Counted from the first letter of the whole stretch, positions 39,212-51,381 are shown. The stretch: 61,610 nucleotides of DNA, filler included, from Choristocarpus tenellus KU-1152 (GCA_964200185.2; 12 parts of 12 records of this genome joined end to end with filler, not necessarily neighbours in it), one strand, 5' to 3'. Numbers and translations: made by a program. The notes: generated from the sequence alone by a model not told the origin.

Positions 39212-39515
39212 GATCCAAAGTATCTTAGAGGGTAGAGTCGCGTCTGTTTGGGTGCCAAAAAATCCAACATATAGTTTTGGATATGTTTTTGGTCATCTTG
39301 TTTGTTATGAAGTATCAATTTCCATGTTCTGGACACAGTTTTCCATAATAATAACAATTATATTGTACTTACTCACTACTACTTCAAACGTTTTCGAGGC
39401 GCTAGGTGTCAAAACGAAACCCACCGGAACATAATAAGCCTCAAATTGAGAAACAGAACTAAGCCTCAAGATGAGAAACAGAACAAAACATTTACCCTCT
39501 CAGAAACTTTCACTT
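39212..39515 (+). mobile_element. MITE family A, diverged copy (plus an inverted internal fragment at about 39110-39195)
   Basis: GATCCAAAGTATCTTAGAGGGTAGAGTCGCG...ACCCTCTCAGAAACTTTCACTT. Confidence 0.75.
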
Positions 39516-39667
39516 GGCCTCGACCCTAATAACCTCTAACTTGCTCCGAGTCAGACAGCGATTGTCATAAACGTTTTTGTCGAAAATAAAAGTCAGTTTG
39601 TGTAAATATACACGCCACGTGCAATGAATTCGATAGGAGTATTTGTATATGTACGTCAGGGTTTAAA

Positions 39668-39871
39668 TAAACCCTAAACCACTAAGGAGGCTGATTAGGG
39701 TTTTTTAAAACTATAATCAGCCTCTTTACGGGTCTCAAAGGTTTCTATTTCAGAAACATAAGAGCCGCTTCTTTATGCTACATATGGTTTACATAAACCC
39801 TAAACACGATTAATGCGATCTTTAGTGGTTTAGGGTTTACTTATACTGATGTAGCATAAAGAAGCGACTCT
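39668..39871. repeat. Nested inverted-repeat cluster with CCCTAAA motifs
   Basis: Pairs 39668-39685/39822-39839 (18 bp, perfect), 39687-39697/39714-39724 (11 bp, perfect) and 39761-39783/39849-39871 (22 of 23). Confidence 0.85.
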
Positions 39872-40283
39872 ATCATATTCCTTGTACGCAGTTACAATTT
39901 TTACCATAGAACACTCAGAACATATGCCGTAGGGTTTCTTAAGGATTAGAATGGCATTCTAATCCTTACACCAACAAATACAGATACAAACCACATTCCT
40001 CATTGATCGAATACATTCGAAACGTGATAGTAGGCCGAAAGGGTCACGAACATACAGACACCCTCTCTCTCGTTTCAATATAGAATCCTATGCTTTATGG
40101 TATTCGTATTTTTGTAACGCGAATCTCGTAAAAAAATTGCAAACTGAGTTTTAGGATCGAAAGGTCAGATCACATACAACAGCACCCACCATCTCTCAGT
40201 CCTCATTCCAATTCATTACCTTGCGTAGATACCAAGCAGACCTCTTACTTACCCATCCCCATCAGACTTACCCAAACTTTGCC

Positions 40284-41100
40284 ATGTCCAACGTTTCAAG
40301 AACAACAACCCACCCGCCCGCCGATGGGAAAGGTTTGGAACCCAGAGGCCAGGACCGTCGCCAAACAAGCATGTCCAGCATACTGGATGAGCACTATATA
40401 GGTTCATACAGAATGAAACTTCGCCATATCACATGCACGGATATGGTTCATCCATTAAGCGGGCGTGGCCTTCAGCGCGTGAGGAAGTCTATAGAGGAGA
40501 AAGGGTGGCTGGACCAGTTTGCTCCAAGTGTTGTCATCCAGCGAAGTTTAGGTAATACGGATGAGCTAAACCCCGAAACAGCGCTTGCCATTGAAGGGCG
40601 AGTATTGGACGGAAACCATAGAGTAACGGTGCTGAAGAATATGTTTGATCCCGAGAGCGCTTTCACCATGCGGATCTACATAGAGTTCGACCAAACTGAA
40701 GAGAGGCTGATTGCCAACGGTGGGTGACAGATTGTTTTCGTTGTTCCATAATCGCCTGATGACTATTATGATATATGAAGCTGTTGTCGAGTTTGCCTTG
40801 CTATGTGCATTGACAGTAAGTCTATTGTGGTCCTCATTTTTATCCATCGTGGTATTCCTGTCCACAGCAACATGTTTCTCGATGTCGCAGGCGTGTCCCG
40901 CGATCGCCCCCCACCTAACACTTGTCCCGTTCGCCCACTGCACCGCTATGCTTATAGCATTCAACGAAGCGACAGAGAGTGTGGTTGAGCGCACGTTATA
41001 CGATAAGATATATTTTCAGCACAAGCTTCAAGAAGCTATCAAGCGACAGAGGAAGAAGAAAGATGTGTCAATCGCAGATATCCACAAAATGTACCAGCAG
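40284..41100 (+). CDS. ParB/Sulfiredoxin-fold domain protein, first two exons; downstream part apparently decayed
   Basis: Exons 40284-40719 and 40958-41100 (phase 1, GT-AG). GLQRVRKSIEEKGWLDQFAPSVV...RVLDGNHRVTVLK...EERLIANAFNEATESVVERTLYDKI fits the ParB/Srx pattern L..SI...G...P...DGxHR followed by an A...N helix. A further exon-like piece lies at 42371-42521. Confidence 0.8.
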
Positions 41101-41140
41101 GTGAGATGATTGTCGACATTGGTGGGATTGTCGTGCTCTA

Positions 41141-41715
41141 TTCCTATATTCTTCACTTTTCCCATGTTGTTTCATGTCCTTCGTGCTTTCCACTTCCTTT
41201 TGTGTCGCTTGCTCTCTCCCCCCGGCAAATACGTACTTATCTGTTTCATTGTCCATTTTCGCGCATGCTGGTGTTACTCGTCTTCACTACATTATTTTTG
41301 CCATACTTTATCCCATTGTTACTTTATATCCTATTGTTTGCAATTTTAAAATTGATTATTTGCCTTGCATTCCACACTCTTTGTAGACTAGTATTATGTT
41401 GGTGGCACGAGATTCTATGAATCCCTGTGTTTTCCTAAATTCTTCACTTTTCCCATGTTGTTTCAAGTCCTTCGTGCTTTCCACCTCCTTTTATGTCGCT
41501 TGCTCTCTCCCCCCAGCAAATACGTACTTCTCTGTTTCATTGTCCATTTTCGCGCATGCTGGTGTTACTCGTCTTCACTACATTATTTTTGCCATACTTT
41601 CTCCGATTATTACTTTATATCCTATTGTTTGCAATTTTTAAATTGATTATTTGCCTTGCATTCCACACTCATTGTACTAGTATAACGTTAGTGGTGCGAG
41701 ATTTCATGAATCCCT
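41141..41715 (+). repeat. Tandem duplication with a period of about 291 bp
   Basis: 41141-41426 and 41432-41715 are near-identical. Confidence 0.92.
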
Positions 41716-42750
41716 ACCGTGACTACTTGTGTGATGTCACTGTCAACTTCAACGCATGTCCGACCCACTCGCTCCCTCCCGCATTCTCTTCATTTAGAGG
41801 CTCTTACTGCGTCAAAGGTGGGCTTGTCATTAGAGGACCATCCCCTAATGCTAGTATACAAGACGAGGAGGGGGGGGCGCCCTCAATTAGGCACAGATAA
41901 CCATCTCAAAAGCCACCAGGACATAATTTGTCTTGCCCATAACGACGGGCTGCAGTTCACATGCAATAAGCGATTCACCGTCGACGACATCTTTGGCCAC
42001 GGACGTAAAACGTCTCCTGTTCCACTCCATGATGGACGTCGAATACGAAGGTGCTGCCTTGGACATCCCCATGAGGGCCCTCAACAGGTTCGTCAATAAC
42101 GTCACACATATCCTTCTTTACAGAAGCAGCGATTTTTTTTTTGTAGAAGGTATAGGACATCATTAAACAGTAACAGAATGAGCTGGGTGACGGTTCAGGG
42201 GCGTCATTCCATAACACAAGTTTATTTCCCGAATCAGTACGTTAAGCGTGGAAACAACAAAGAGCGTGTTGCCCTGTATCGGAAGGTACTGCATACACTG
42301 CGAAATGATGAATCCGTGCGCAATACAATACCACGTTAGGGCTATTTTACGAACTGCCCTCCCACGCTAGGTACACGAATGCTGGGGACACCGTCGTCTC
42401 CTACAGCGCAGAGAGGGTGGAGGTGTTCGTGTCCAACGCGGCGTCAAAGGACGAGGTGAAGCAGAGGATGGACACATCCTTCGACCAAGCCTACGAGGAG
42501 GGCAAGTGGAAGGCAAGAAGGGTGTGCTGACTTCTTTTTTTTACATTGCTTTCCAACTTGTTGTTTGTACTACCAACCCTACAGATAATAGGTCTTGAGC
42601 TTGCAATTGTACTGCTGGTGTTTCCTNNNNNNNNNNNNNNNNNNNNNNNNNNNNNNNNNNNNNNNNNNNNTTAATTAATTAANNNNNNNNNNNNNNNNNN
42701 NNNNNNNNNNNNNNNNNNNNNNNNNNCCCTCCCAGATACTTTGGGTCATA

Positions 42751-43400
42751 TGTGTGGGTGCAGTTGATGGACTGTTCGCTCGCATGAAACGTGTCTCCCT
42801 CAAGGTTTACGTAGCACTTGTGCGCTTCTTTCGGGGCATAAGAAGGGTTATAGACTTACCGTACAGGTAATAAACCATGGATTGGATCAATATGCAGAAA
42901 TATTTGCCCTTCTCCTGTCGAAACCGTGCATTCAACGACATTTTTCTTGGATACTTCGGGTACTAGACATAGTTAGCAATTAAATAATAACAAGACAGCC
43001 TACGACCATTCCTCTATACCTCACAGGAATTGTGTAATGCCATGTAATAATGCGGTGTCCATGAACATTCTGGGGAGTACAAATGATGAGACTGCATGGA
43101 CATTATCAGGATTTCCGAACTGGTTGGATTCTCTTCCCGTAGGATTCCAATTTCTGGGGCTTGCTGCGTATCATGATGGGTGCCGACACCGTTCCACGGA
43201 ACAGGTCTGCCTTTCGACTACAATACTTTCAAATGTATCACCAGTCCAACGGCAGGAAAATAATCGAACAAGTTCTTGGTATGCTTGTGCGTACCTGGGG
43301 TATCAGATGGAAGCCTCTAGAACCCCTGCCTCGCACAGGGAACGTTATACATACTTGTATTCTTCTGAAAAAAAACTGGCGCAAGTATCGCATGCTGTGC
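42751..43400 (+). mobile_element. PIF/Harbinger transposase (DDE_Tnp_4) pseudogene
   Basis: Ordered motifs CVGAVDG, F.GHKKGY.L.VQ, GSTNDETAW, LPVGFQFLG.AAY and YHQSNGRKIIEQVLGMLVRTWGIRWKPL...IHTCILL, with stops, frameshifts and a probable intron at about 42867-43027. Confidence 0.85.
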
Positions 43401-46400
43401 TGGACGAGAGAGTGTCCTCCTTCCAGTTTCGAGATGTGTAGGGTTGGACAACGCACGTGTGGGTAGGACGCCTTCGTGTGGGAGTACATGCCATGCACGT
43501 CACGCGATCCGAAAGCAACTAGATTAAAAGGTAACCACTCAGCTGACGCACAACGTTGCGTGCAACACCGGCTGGTGGCCAGCACCAGGGGTTCAGTCGC
43601 ACCATGATAATCTGTTTTGATATTTTTTCTATCATTGGAGAATTTGAACGTGGTCCTGGTTGACTGGCCTGTGGTGCGCCTATTGTTATCGGAATAGACA
43701 CATGGCATACAGACATAGAAATTTGGGTGTAATGGAGATATCTCTACAGTGTTTCCCCCTTCTCCTCTTCCACTGTTGTATGTATGTGCTGTCTCTTCAA
43801 AGTATCCCTTTGTGGTGTCCAAGCCTTACACATTTCCGTGATACACTAACACGTGTTGCTTTCTTGTTTGTGTTCTGCTGGTGTGTATTTTTGAATATAT
43901 CTCAATTGCTTGTATAATAATGGTGGTGCTGTGTTACTGTTTAGGCACCAGAAGTAGTACCTATGATTGAGAATCTCCTTGTGGTCAACACTACTTGCTG
44001 GTATGCCTTGATCTTCCATTTCCAGCATCTCTTTCTTGCTAATTGCGTTCCTCCCTTCTTTATTTTCGTTGTTATATCTGCATTATGCCATTGCTTTCCC
44101 TGTATGTATTCCTCTTAGAGACCGCCATGTATAATTTTGCTTCACATAATAGAAAACCCTGATGTATGATAATGACACAATAAATAAATCAAATTGTATG
44201 CTACTTTTTTCATGCTATCCTCTACCTGACATGGTGTTGGGGTCAATAAAAGTAACTGGAAGGATTGAATCTTCGTATTGCAAGAGAAATCAAACAGCAA
44301 CCAGCAGTAGGTGTTGTTGTCCAAGAAAAAACAAAAATCACACTCGTGGACGAGCAACAAGGTACAAGGAGAAAAGGCAAACACGCTTACAAATAGCCAT
44401 TGTATTACAATTGTTATTTTCGACACGCAGGACGGTCCGTGGAAGGAAAACAGTAGTGTATAATCCCATGCACGTATTCCAAAGTTCACGTCCGTACGCC
44501 ACCAGTATACAAGAAGGTAAGATAACAAGAGGGTGGAGGGAAACAGAAATATGTAAACAAGATAATGAGATTTACAAGGGACAGAAAGAAATGACGTGGG
44601 TAGGGAGAATGTGAAGGGAGTACACAAACAAGCGCCCAAAAAATGTCAGGAGGAAAAAAACATCCCAGGTCAATGGTGCGAATACCACAAAACCCCCAAG
44701 GGCATTCATATGCCTACCCAAAACAAAAACACCTGGACTACCACAATCGACCAAAGCTGAAATTACGGTGCTCTTCTGGTCTACCCCAACCTGCTCAGTA
44801 GAAAAAACACGTTTCATGACCCTACATCTTTCTCTACCGCTGCCGCAGCCTTTGCTAAGGCACCCTTGTACACATTCAGTATGTGTTTGGGGTCATGTTG
44901 TGTGGGCCCACTACTCCCGCCAGCACTCTCCAACTCTTACACCTTGAGACTTAACCTTTCTACCTTCTCGTACAGATTTGGGCTGAGGTTGTATCGGTGT
45001 TTGCATGTAAGTATTTCGTACATATTTGGTCAGATGCTTGACGCCATCCTTCACTGAAGGAACAGATCACTACTGACAGGATTGTTATTTTTCTTTGACT
45101 TTCTCTTTTGGCCTTGCCACTCTTCACTACTCTTGGGGACTTCGTACTGGAGTATATCCTCCTTTGAAGGACTCCGTTCATAAGCATCATTGATGCCCCC
45201 AGAAGGGTCGTTCATGGTGCTGAACCCGCCTGCCTCTGTTCCAAGCTCCATTGCAGTAAAGTCCTCCAGGGACCCAGTGTGGTTCTTCCTAAATTAAACT
45301 TATCGTACAAGAGCTGTGCTGGAAGTTACCCTGGCAGAATCGAAGAAGTGCTCAGAATGATCATGCTCGGAATGATCATAGCTTACATCACTGTTTGATG
45401 TAGCCACCAACCATGGCAGGGGAGGTACAATGGTATAGTCGGTTGAGGGTTAGGTTATGTTGTTTCTGTAGTTGGCGCAACAAAGACCACATGATAACAC
45501 ACTATTTTTTTTGGAAGTACAGTAGAATTGGAGGGGCACACAGAAATCATGGTGCAGTGATAGAAACGATACAACACTACGTACATAAGCCCTAACCTGT
45601 ACTTGTCCATAGACAATTAAAAAAATTGCCACATGGAAAGATCAATGGGTAAGGATCACAGGTGTGTGCTGGTGGGAACAATGATAAATATAAGGAAAGA
45701 TAACCATAAGCCTGCCTCATTCCGTATTCCGTCAAGGATCTCCTTCTATCATTACAGACGCTTCTGTGCTGTCGCTTTCAAGTCGAGGGAGTCTGTTATA
45801 GCATGCTCCAGAAGGTTACCTCCACAGGACGTATAGCTTCAGTCCTCAAGCCTACAGATGATGCTGATGCACGTACAGGACTCCTGATGTGAACAAGTCT
45901 TCTGTATGCTGATCTCTCACTTGGACTATTCCCTTCATAAGTATCATCAATATTCTTATAAAAGGAACTCACAACGATGTACGAATTATGAGTGAGTTAT
46001 GATGAGGTAATGAGGCAATGATGTAAATGGGAATAGCGATCGTTTCAATGGACAATTCAACGTTCAGTATGGACTGACGATACTGTACCGTATCAAAGCA
46101 AATCGAATAAGTAGCCTATGTTTTAACACCCTCCCCCTACAAAAATAAAATAAAACACTGTTAAAGGAGTGTGACGTACAGCTACAAACAGAAGGGAAAG
46201 TTTATGAAGTAATCTGATTTTTGTGGGCGGAAGAATTCTGGTGGTAGTAACGTGGTACAGGGGAGGGAGAGGTGAGGAAGGAGAAAGAAAAAGTAGCAAG
46301 GGGTGAACGAAGAGTTAGTACTGAGTGATTAGGAGGCAGAAGAGGCAGGAGAGAACTTAAAGAAGTGGTTGGTAGGTGGAGGCACAAGGTAGGAAGGAGT

Positions 46401-47559
46401 TGTCAGTATGTAAAGGAAACCAAGGGCTGGTGGTACAAAACGAAGAGGGGCTAGAACAAGACCACCTCTGATCAAGTTCTAATCGGAATGGATCAAGGCA
46501 GAACCCAAGCAATCTTTCCTATAGTTGAAAGAGAGAAAGGTCGTGTGGAAAAGGTGGGGATACTTGAGAACAAGATATACAAATGGTAGGGAAAAGCCCA
46601 CAAGGCAAGGGGGATGATGACCGTGACGACAAAAAAACATCGTAGACTAGTGCATGGTAGGAATGAGACATGTGTGATTAAGTGGGTAGATTCAGACACA
46701 ATGCAAGGCTTATCCGGGGAAATCGATAGAAGAAGAAATAACGAAGGACTGACTGTTGAAACCTGAATCGAATGCATCGTACATATTCTCAGCAAAATTC
46801 GTAGACTACTAGCGATGAGGAACCATGGTGAGTGATATGCGTAGTCTATGTTATAGATAGGTGTGATTGTGCTGCAAAGCACAGATGTATTTATTCTATT
46901 GCCACTGAGGTCATTGATCTCCCAGTCAAGGATGATGCGATGTGAATTCAGTATTCTTGATTGCTCAATCCAGAATGATGTGATGTGAATCCAGTGTTCT
47001 TTCATGTGATACTCAACGAAAGAAGTCCATGCTCTGTGGAGAGGCTTGTTACCTTGGCTGGCAAGAGTTTCCGCGGNNNNNNNNNNNNNNNNNNNNNNNN
47101 NNNNNNNNNNNNNNNNNNNNTTAATTAATTAANNNNNNNNNNNNNNNNNNNNNNNNNNNNNNNNNNNNNNNNNNNNCTTTTTTAAGACCGTTTTCGCAAA
47201 ACAACCATCCTCGTAGTCCCGCTCCATCCCCAATTTTGAAAATCCTCTGTTATTTACAAAAGCTGTTGCTTTTTCAGGGGTTCTGGCATTTGAATGGTTT
47301 TGCATTGGTTTTGGCACTCACACATCTGGAAAATGTCCAAGGGGCAAAATAATAATATATGTGATGCAATGTCTCCTTCGCGACAAAAAAACTAATACAA
47401 CACTAGCAGTAATATTAACAAACGACGATGTCCTTCACTACACACAAGTACCTCTCTCGAGATGTGTAATGCGCGTCAAGCTAGAGACACCAGGCAGATG
47501 GGCAAGAAAGGCCTGTAAGATTCTTGGGATGTTTCCATTGCTTCTCGCCCACTTGTGTA

Positions 47560-47944
47560 TGGCTAAGCTAGGTCAGAGGTATAGCAGTAAGTAGTGTATA
47601 TATAACATTGTAATCACCAACCTTTACGGGAGTTTTGTAGCATAGCTGGTATTCAAACAGTATGTAGTTTTGAGAGAGGTACCTTTCACCTTTACGACAA
47701 TACTTTTAGGGGTCCTTTTATGATATAATTATACTCTCTGTCATTTTCCAGATGTGCCAGGTGAAGAGTCAAACCAATATCACAAGGACCCCTGTAAAAT
47801 CAATACTTGTCGAAAAATGCAAAAGATATCTCTCAAAAAACTATTTACTATTTGAGTACGATCTATACTACAACACTCCCATCAGGGCTCGTAATTTCAA
47901 TGTTATCTGTACACTGCTGCTATGCCTCCAACCTAGCTTAGCTC
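47560..47944. mobile_element. Foldback (palindromic) non-autonomous element
   Basis: Ends GCTAAGCTAGGT...ACCTAGCTTAGC; the arms pair imperfectly over about 160 bp each; flanked by TA on both sides. Confidence 0.8.
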
Positions 47945-48054
47945 TACAGAACTGGGCGATGAGGTAGGGAAGCATCCCATGAATCTGATAGGCCCTCCTT
48001 GCCCATCTCCCTGATGTTTCTAGCTAGAAATACATGACACGTAAGGGGGATTTG

Positions 48055-48300
48055 ACAGCCCTTTCCTGCTCTAACCTCCCCGCCCTCTCCCCCTACGGCA
48101 TGTGTAGCCAACTTATCCAGAAAACTTGCTGATTGCTTACTGACACTCCCAAAACCTTCCAAAAGAAGGTGTCTCAAGTGGACCAATGACCATGAGTGGG
48201 GATAATTGGAAAAGGGGTAACAAGTTTGGAAAAGTACAAACGATCTTACTTATACCTTAGGTTGTCGTTTAATGTGTTAGATTCTATACCTGGTTTTGTC
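48055..48300 (-). mobile_element. 3' fragment of an RLE-type non-LTR retrotransposon (CRE-like)
   Basis: LLLEGFGSVSKQSASFLDKLATHAVGG...AGKG resembles the post-endonuclease E.FG.LG......LD.LA motif. Confidence 0.5.
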
Positions 48301-49360
48301 TGCTAATTATAGCCTTCTCGAAAACATCTTCAAAACTGAGCACCAACGTAACATAAGCACCAGCACAACTGGTGACTAAAAGGAGTTCTCACCATCGACT
48401 TACTGACAGGGGTCAGGTGTGCCCCTGATCTTATAAAGGTACTAGGTAGAGGGGGCATTTGCCCCCCACTTGTGAACTAGTCTTAGGAGGCTGAGAGCTT
48501 GCTCTGCCAAGAATACTGGGACGTGGATAGCGTCCTTGCCGAAGAAGGAACCATGGAAGCCATGGATTTGGAAAGACCGCATGCATCGTCCCCGATGCCA
48601 GAAGGTGAACTAGATGCTGAGTTGAAGGTGTAATAAGTAAGTGCGGGAATCTATCCCTCTTACGTCTACTAATTGTCTGCAGGGCAGTCATGGGATTTGG
48701 CTGGTTCGTGGTCACTGTCCACAGAGTAGGAGAATAAGTTGCTAAGATGCTGTGTAAAGAAGGATTCTTCTTACCAAGGCTGCACTTCCTTCGCATTCCT
48801 CACCCTTGCTGATGCTTTCACTTGCACAGCCAATCGCAAAGGACTAAACAAGGACAAGAAAGCTTGCCGATCTTAACACCTTGCCCCTACACGATAATCC
48901 CCCTGAACATGTCTGCTGTTCCCGAATGAAAATGCTGTGTGCACTATTCTTCTGGTTTCAGTCGCTAGTCGTGGTTATTTGTGAGTAGAACATTAGCCAT
49001 ATCAAATTAATTCTAGAAAAGGGCGTGCTCCGAGGTTTGACTGGTCTCGACAACTCATTGTTGGCCTGTGTGCCTGTCTTCTACACCTTTATCTGGGGAC
49101 AGCCTGACGTCCGACTTGTCGCTTCCAAGGCACTAATTTCCCTTCTGCGGCTATATGTCGTCCTTCCGTCAAATTGGAACAGTCGTGCCCTAGATACTAC
49201 GCCAAACTGTACTCTTGGGAGCACCCTACCGATTTCAGGGTATCTTAGATACAAGTGGTATACGTGCCTCTGCTTCCCGCCGAGTCCCTCTTCTTTGTCA
49301 TGCGTGGTACACACTGCAGTAACTCTCTCTGTCCTACGATGATCTTCCCCATCGACAGCA

Positions 49361-51381
49361 ATGCGCAGTGACCCTCTACCGGAAGATGGAAAGGAGGACT
49401 TACAATCAAGCGGTGAAATGTCGGGATTGTCGGACTCGTCGGATACGATGGACTTAGACGAGGGTACAAATGAAGAGGCTTCTTCAACTGGTTCTGGCAA
49501 GTCCCCTGAGGAGAAACTTATAAAGGTGATAAATGTATGTGTAATTATTTGTTTGTATCCGAGTTCATGGTCAGAACAGATGCAACCTGCAAACCTGTGC
49601 GTAGCGTCGATACGAAATCGAACAAGTTTTATCTTCTCTATTCTATGCTTAACATCTGCTCATGGGAGGCTACAGATGAGCACAGAGATCTTTGATGCCT
49701 GCAGGTTCTTGTATTGTTTTAATTCAATGAGTTTGACTGGGGATACTTCCTGTCAATGCCATTGGAGGAGCATGCAAGTACTGCAGCTAGATCCTTGAGC
49801 ACGTTTTGAGTGCACTTCAAGTATGCCACCAATAGCTAGACCATGAGTTCAAGAAACAATTATTTTTGTGCTGCAGGCGGTAAGCTATAAGGACAAGGGT
49901 AATAAGTGCATAGCTGAGGGGGATAGTGCTGGTGCCCTGAAGCACTACCAACGGGGGGTGAAGATTATTTCCAGCATGGAGGAAGAGGAACAGGCCAAAG
50001 CCCTTCTGGTGAGGGAGACTGTGTGGGTTTGATGCGTTGTAGTGTACTGTCTATAGTACCTGTGTTTTAGTAGACACCTTTTTGGGTTGAAGGTTGGACT
50101 GAATTGTTTCTGCTGTGTTGTGTGTTAACTTAAGGTTAGTGTTGGCAACAGTAGCAGTTCACTCGAGCAACTTAAACATACTTCATACGTTGATCTGAAA
50201 GTATTGTTTGCTGCACCTGCAGTGTGTTGGTCCAACTGCTCCTCCATGGTGGTAGTGCTGTATATCAGTGATCATCATAGCAACAATAGCAGCAGTAGTA
50301 ATAGTAACCATAGTATCGACTGCAGGTATAAAGCATAGCAATGTGGCATGTGGTACCAGAGTACCCCTGTAGTGCAGCATGTTGAGTTTGGTACAGCACA
50401 CCACAGATCTAGGCTACTACTCTACTGACTGTGGTAAGGTTTTGTGGACCCTGCGTTGCGTTTCTGTTTTTCTCAGAGATTTGGGTACTGAATGAGTTAC
50501 CATTCAGCATCTCTAAGTAGAAGTCTAGAACTCCGACGGTGCAATACCCTATTTTAACCACTATCAGAGTCTCGGTGCTGTGCAAGTGTTCTTGTAGAGT
50601 TGTCTTGCAGGAGGTGCACCGTTAGAATCATGTGTAGTCCGGATCGGGGGTACTACTACTGCAGTTATGTTGCCAGTGTACACCACTTGCTATTTTTTAT
50701 TTTTAACAACAATATATATATTTTTGTACGCAACCTGGAGTGACCCACGCCTATTGTTTACAACCATCATGTCTGTATTTGTGTGTATTTGTATGTGTAC
50801 GTGTCCCACCCAGGTGTCCCTCCGTCTTAATCTTTCCCTTGCCTGCACCAAGGAAGAACGATACTCAGAGGCTGTGGAGAGTGCATCTGCTGTTCTTAAG
50901 TCCGACCCAGCCAATATCAAGGTAACGAGGCAGTTGTGTTGGGGTAGGGTTGGGGTTAGGGTTGGGGTTGAGGTTAGGGTTTGTCTATTGTCTCTTGTCA
51001 CTTTACCGACCTTGAGGCAGTCCTGGAAAGTCACCCCTCCTCGGTCCATTGGAAGGTCTTGAAGGGCAAGAAGGTCTTGAAGGGCAACAATCTGTATAGG
51101 ATCTGTTTTGCTCTTCTTTTTTTTTCTCCTTGTGACCTCTGTTGATGTGTTCCTATACCCATCCCATTGTTGATCCGTTTTGTGGACATGTGCTAATGGA
51201 TGGATGGATGGATGGATGGGTGTGTTGCTGATGATGATGTCATGAAATGGACTATCGTCAGGCTCTGTTTCGGAGGGGTGTGGCAAGGTGTAGGATGGGT
51301 TGGCTGGAGGAGGCTAGGGCGGATCTTACCGCTGTGGTTAAGGCCGACGCTCGCAACGGGGCTGCCAAGAAAGAGCTCAAG
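49361..51381 (+). CDS. TPR co-chaperone (FKBP/Cyp40-type three-TPR clamp), partial
   Basis: Exons 49361-49525, 49877-50008, 50814-50921 and 51262-51381 are all phase 0. They encode KDKGN...ALKHYQRG...LRLNLSLAC.K...DPANIKALFRRGVA...EEARADL...N.AAKKEL, and the carboxylate-clamp residues K, N, N, K, R are present. Confidence 0.9.

Noticed and set aside
40005-40052. Hammerhead-ribozyme look-alike (GGCCGAAAGG with flanking hairpins)
   Set aside because: It lacks the CUGANGA core and a consistent three-stem arrangement.
39059-47076. ParB gene and Harbinger transposase as parts of one element
   Set aside because: They are separated by an artificial linker (42627-42726), so the adjacency is not evidence.
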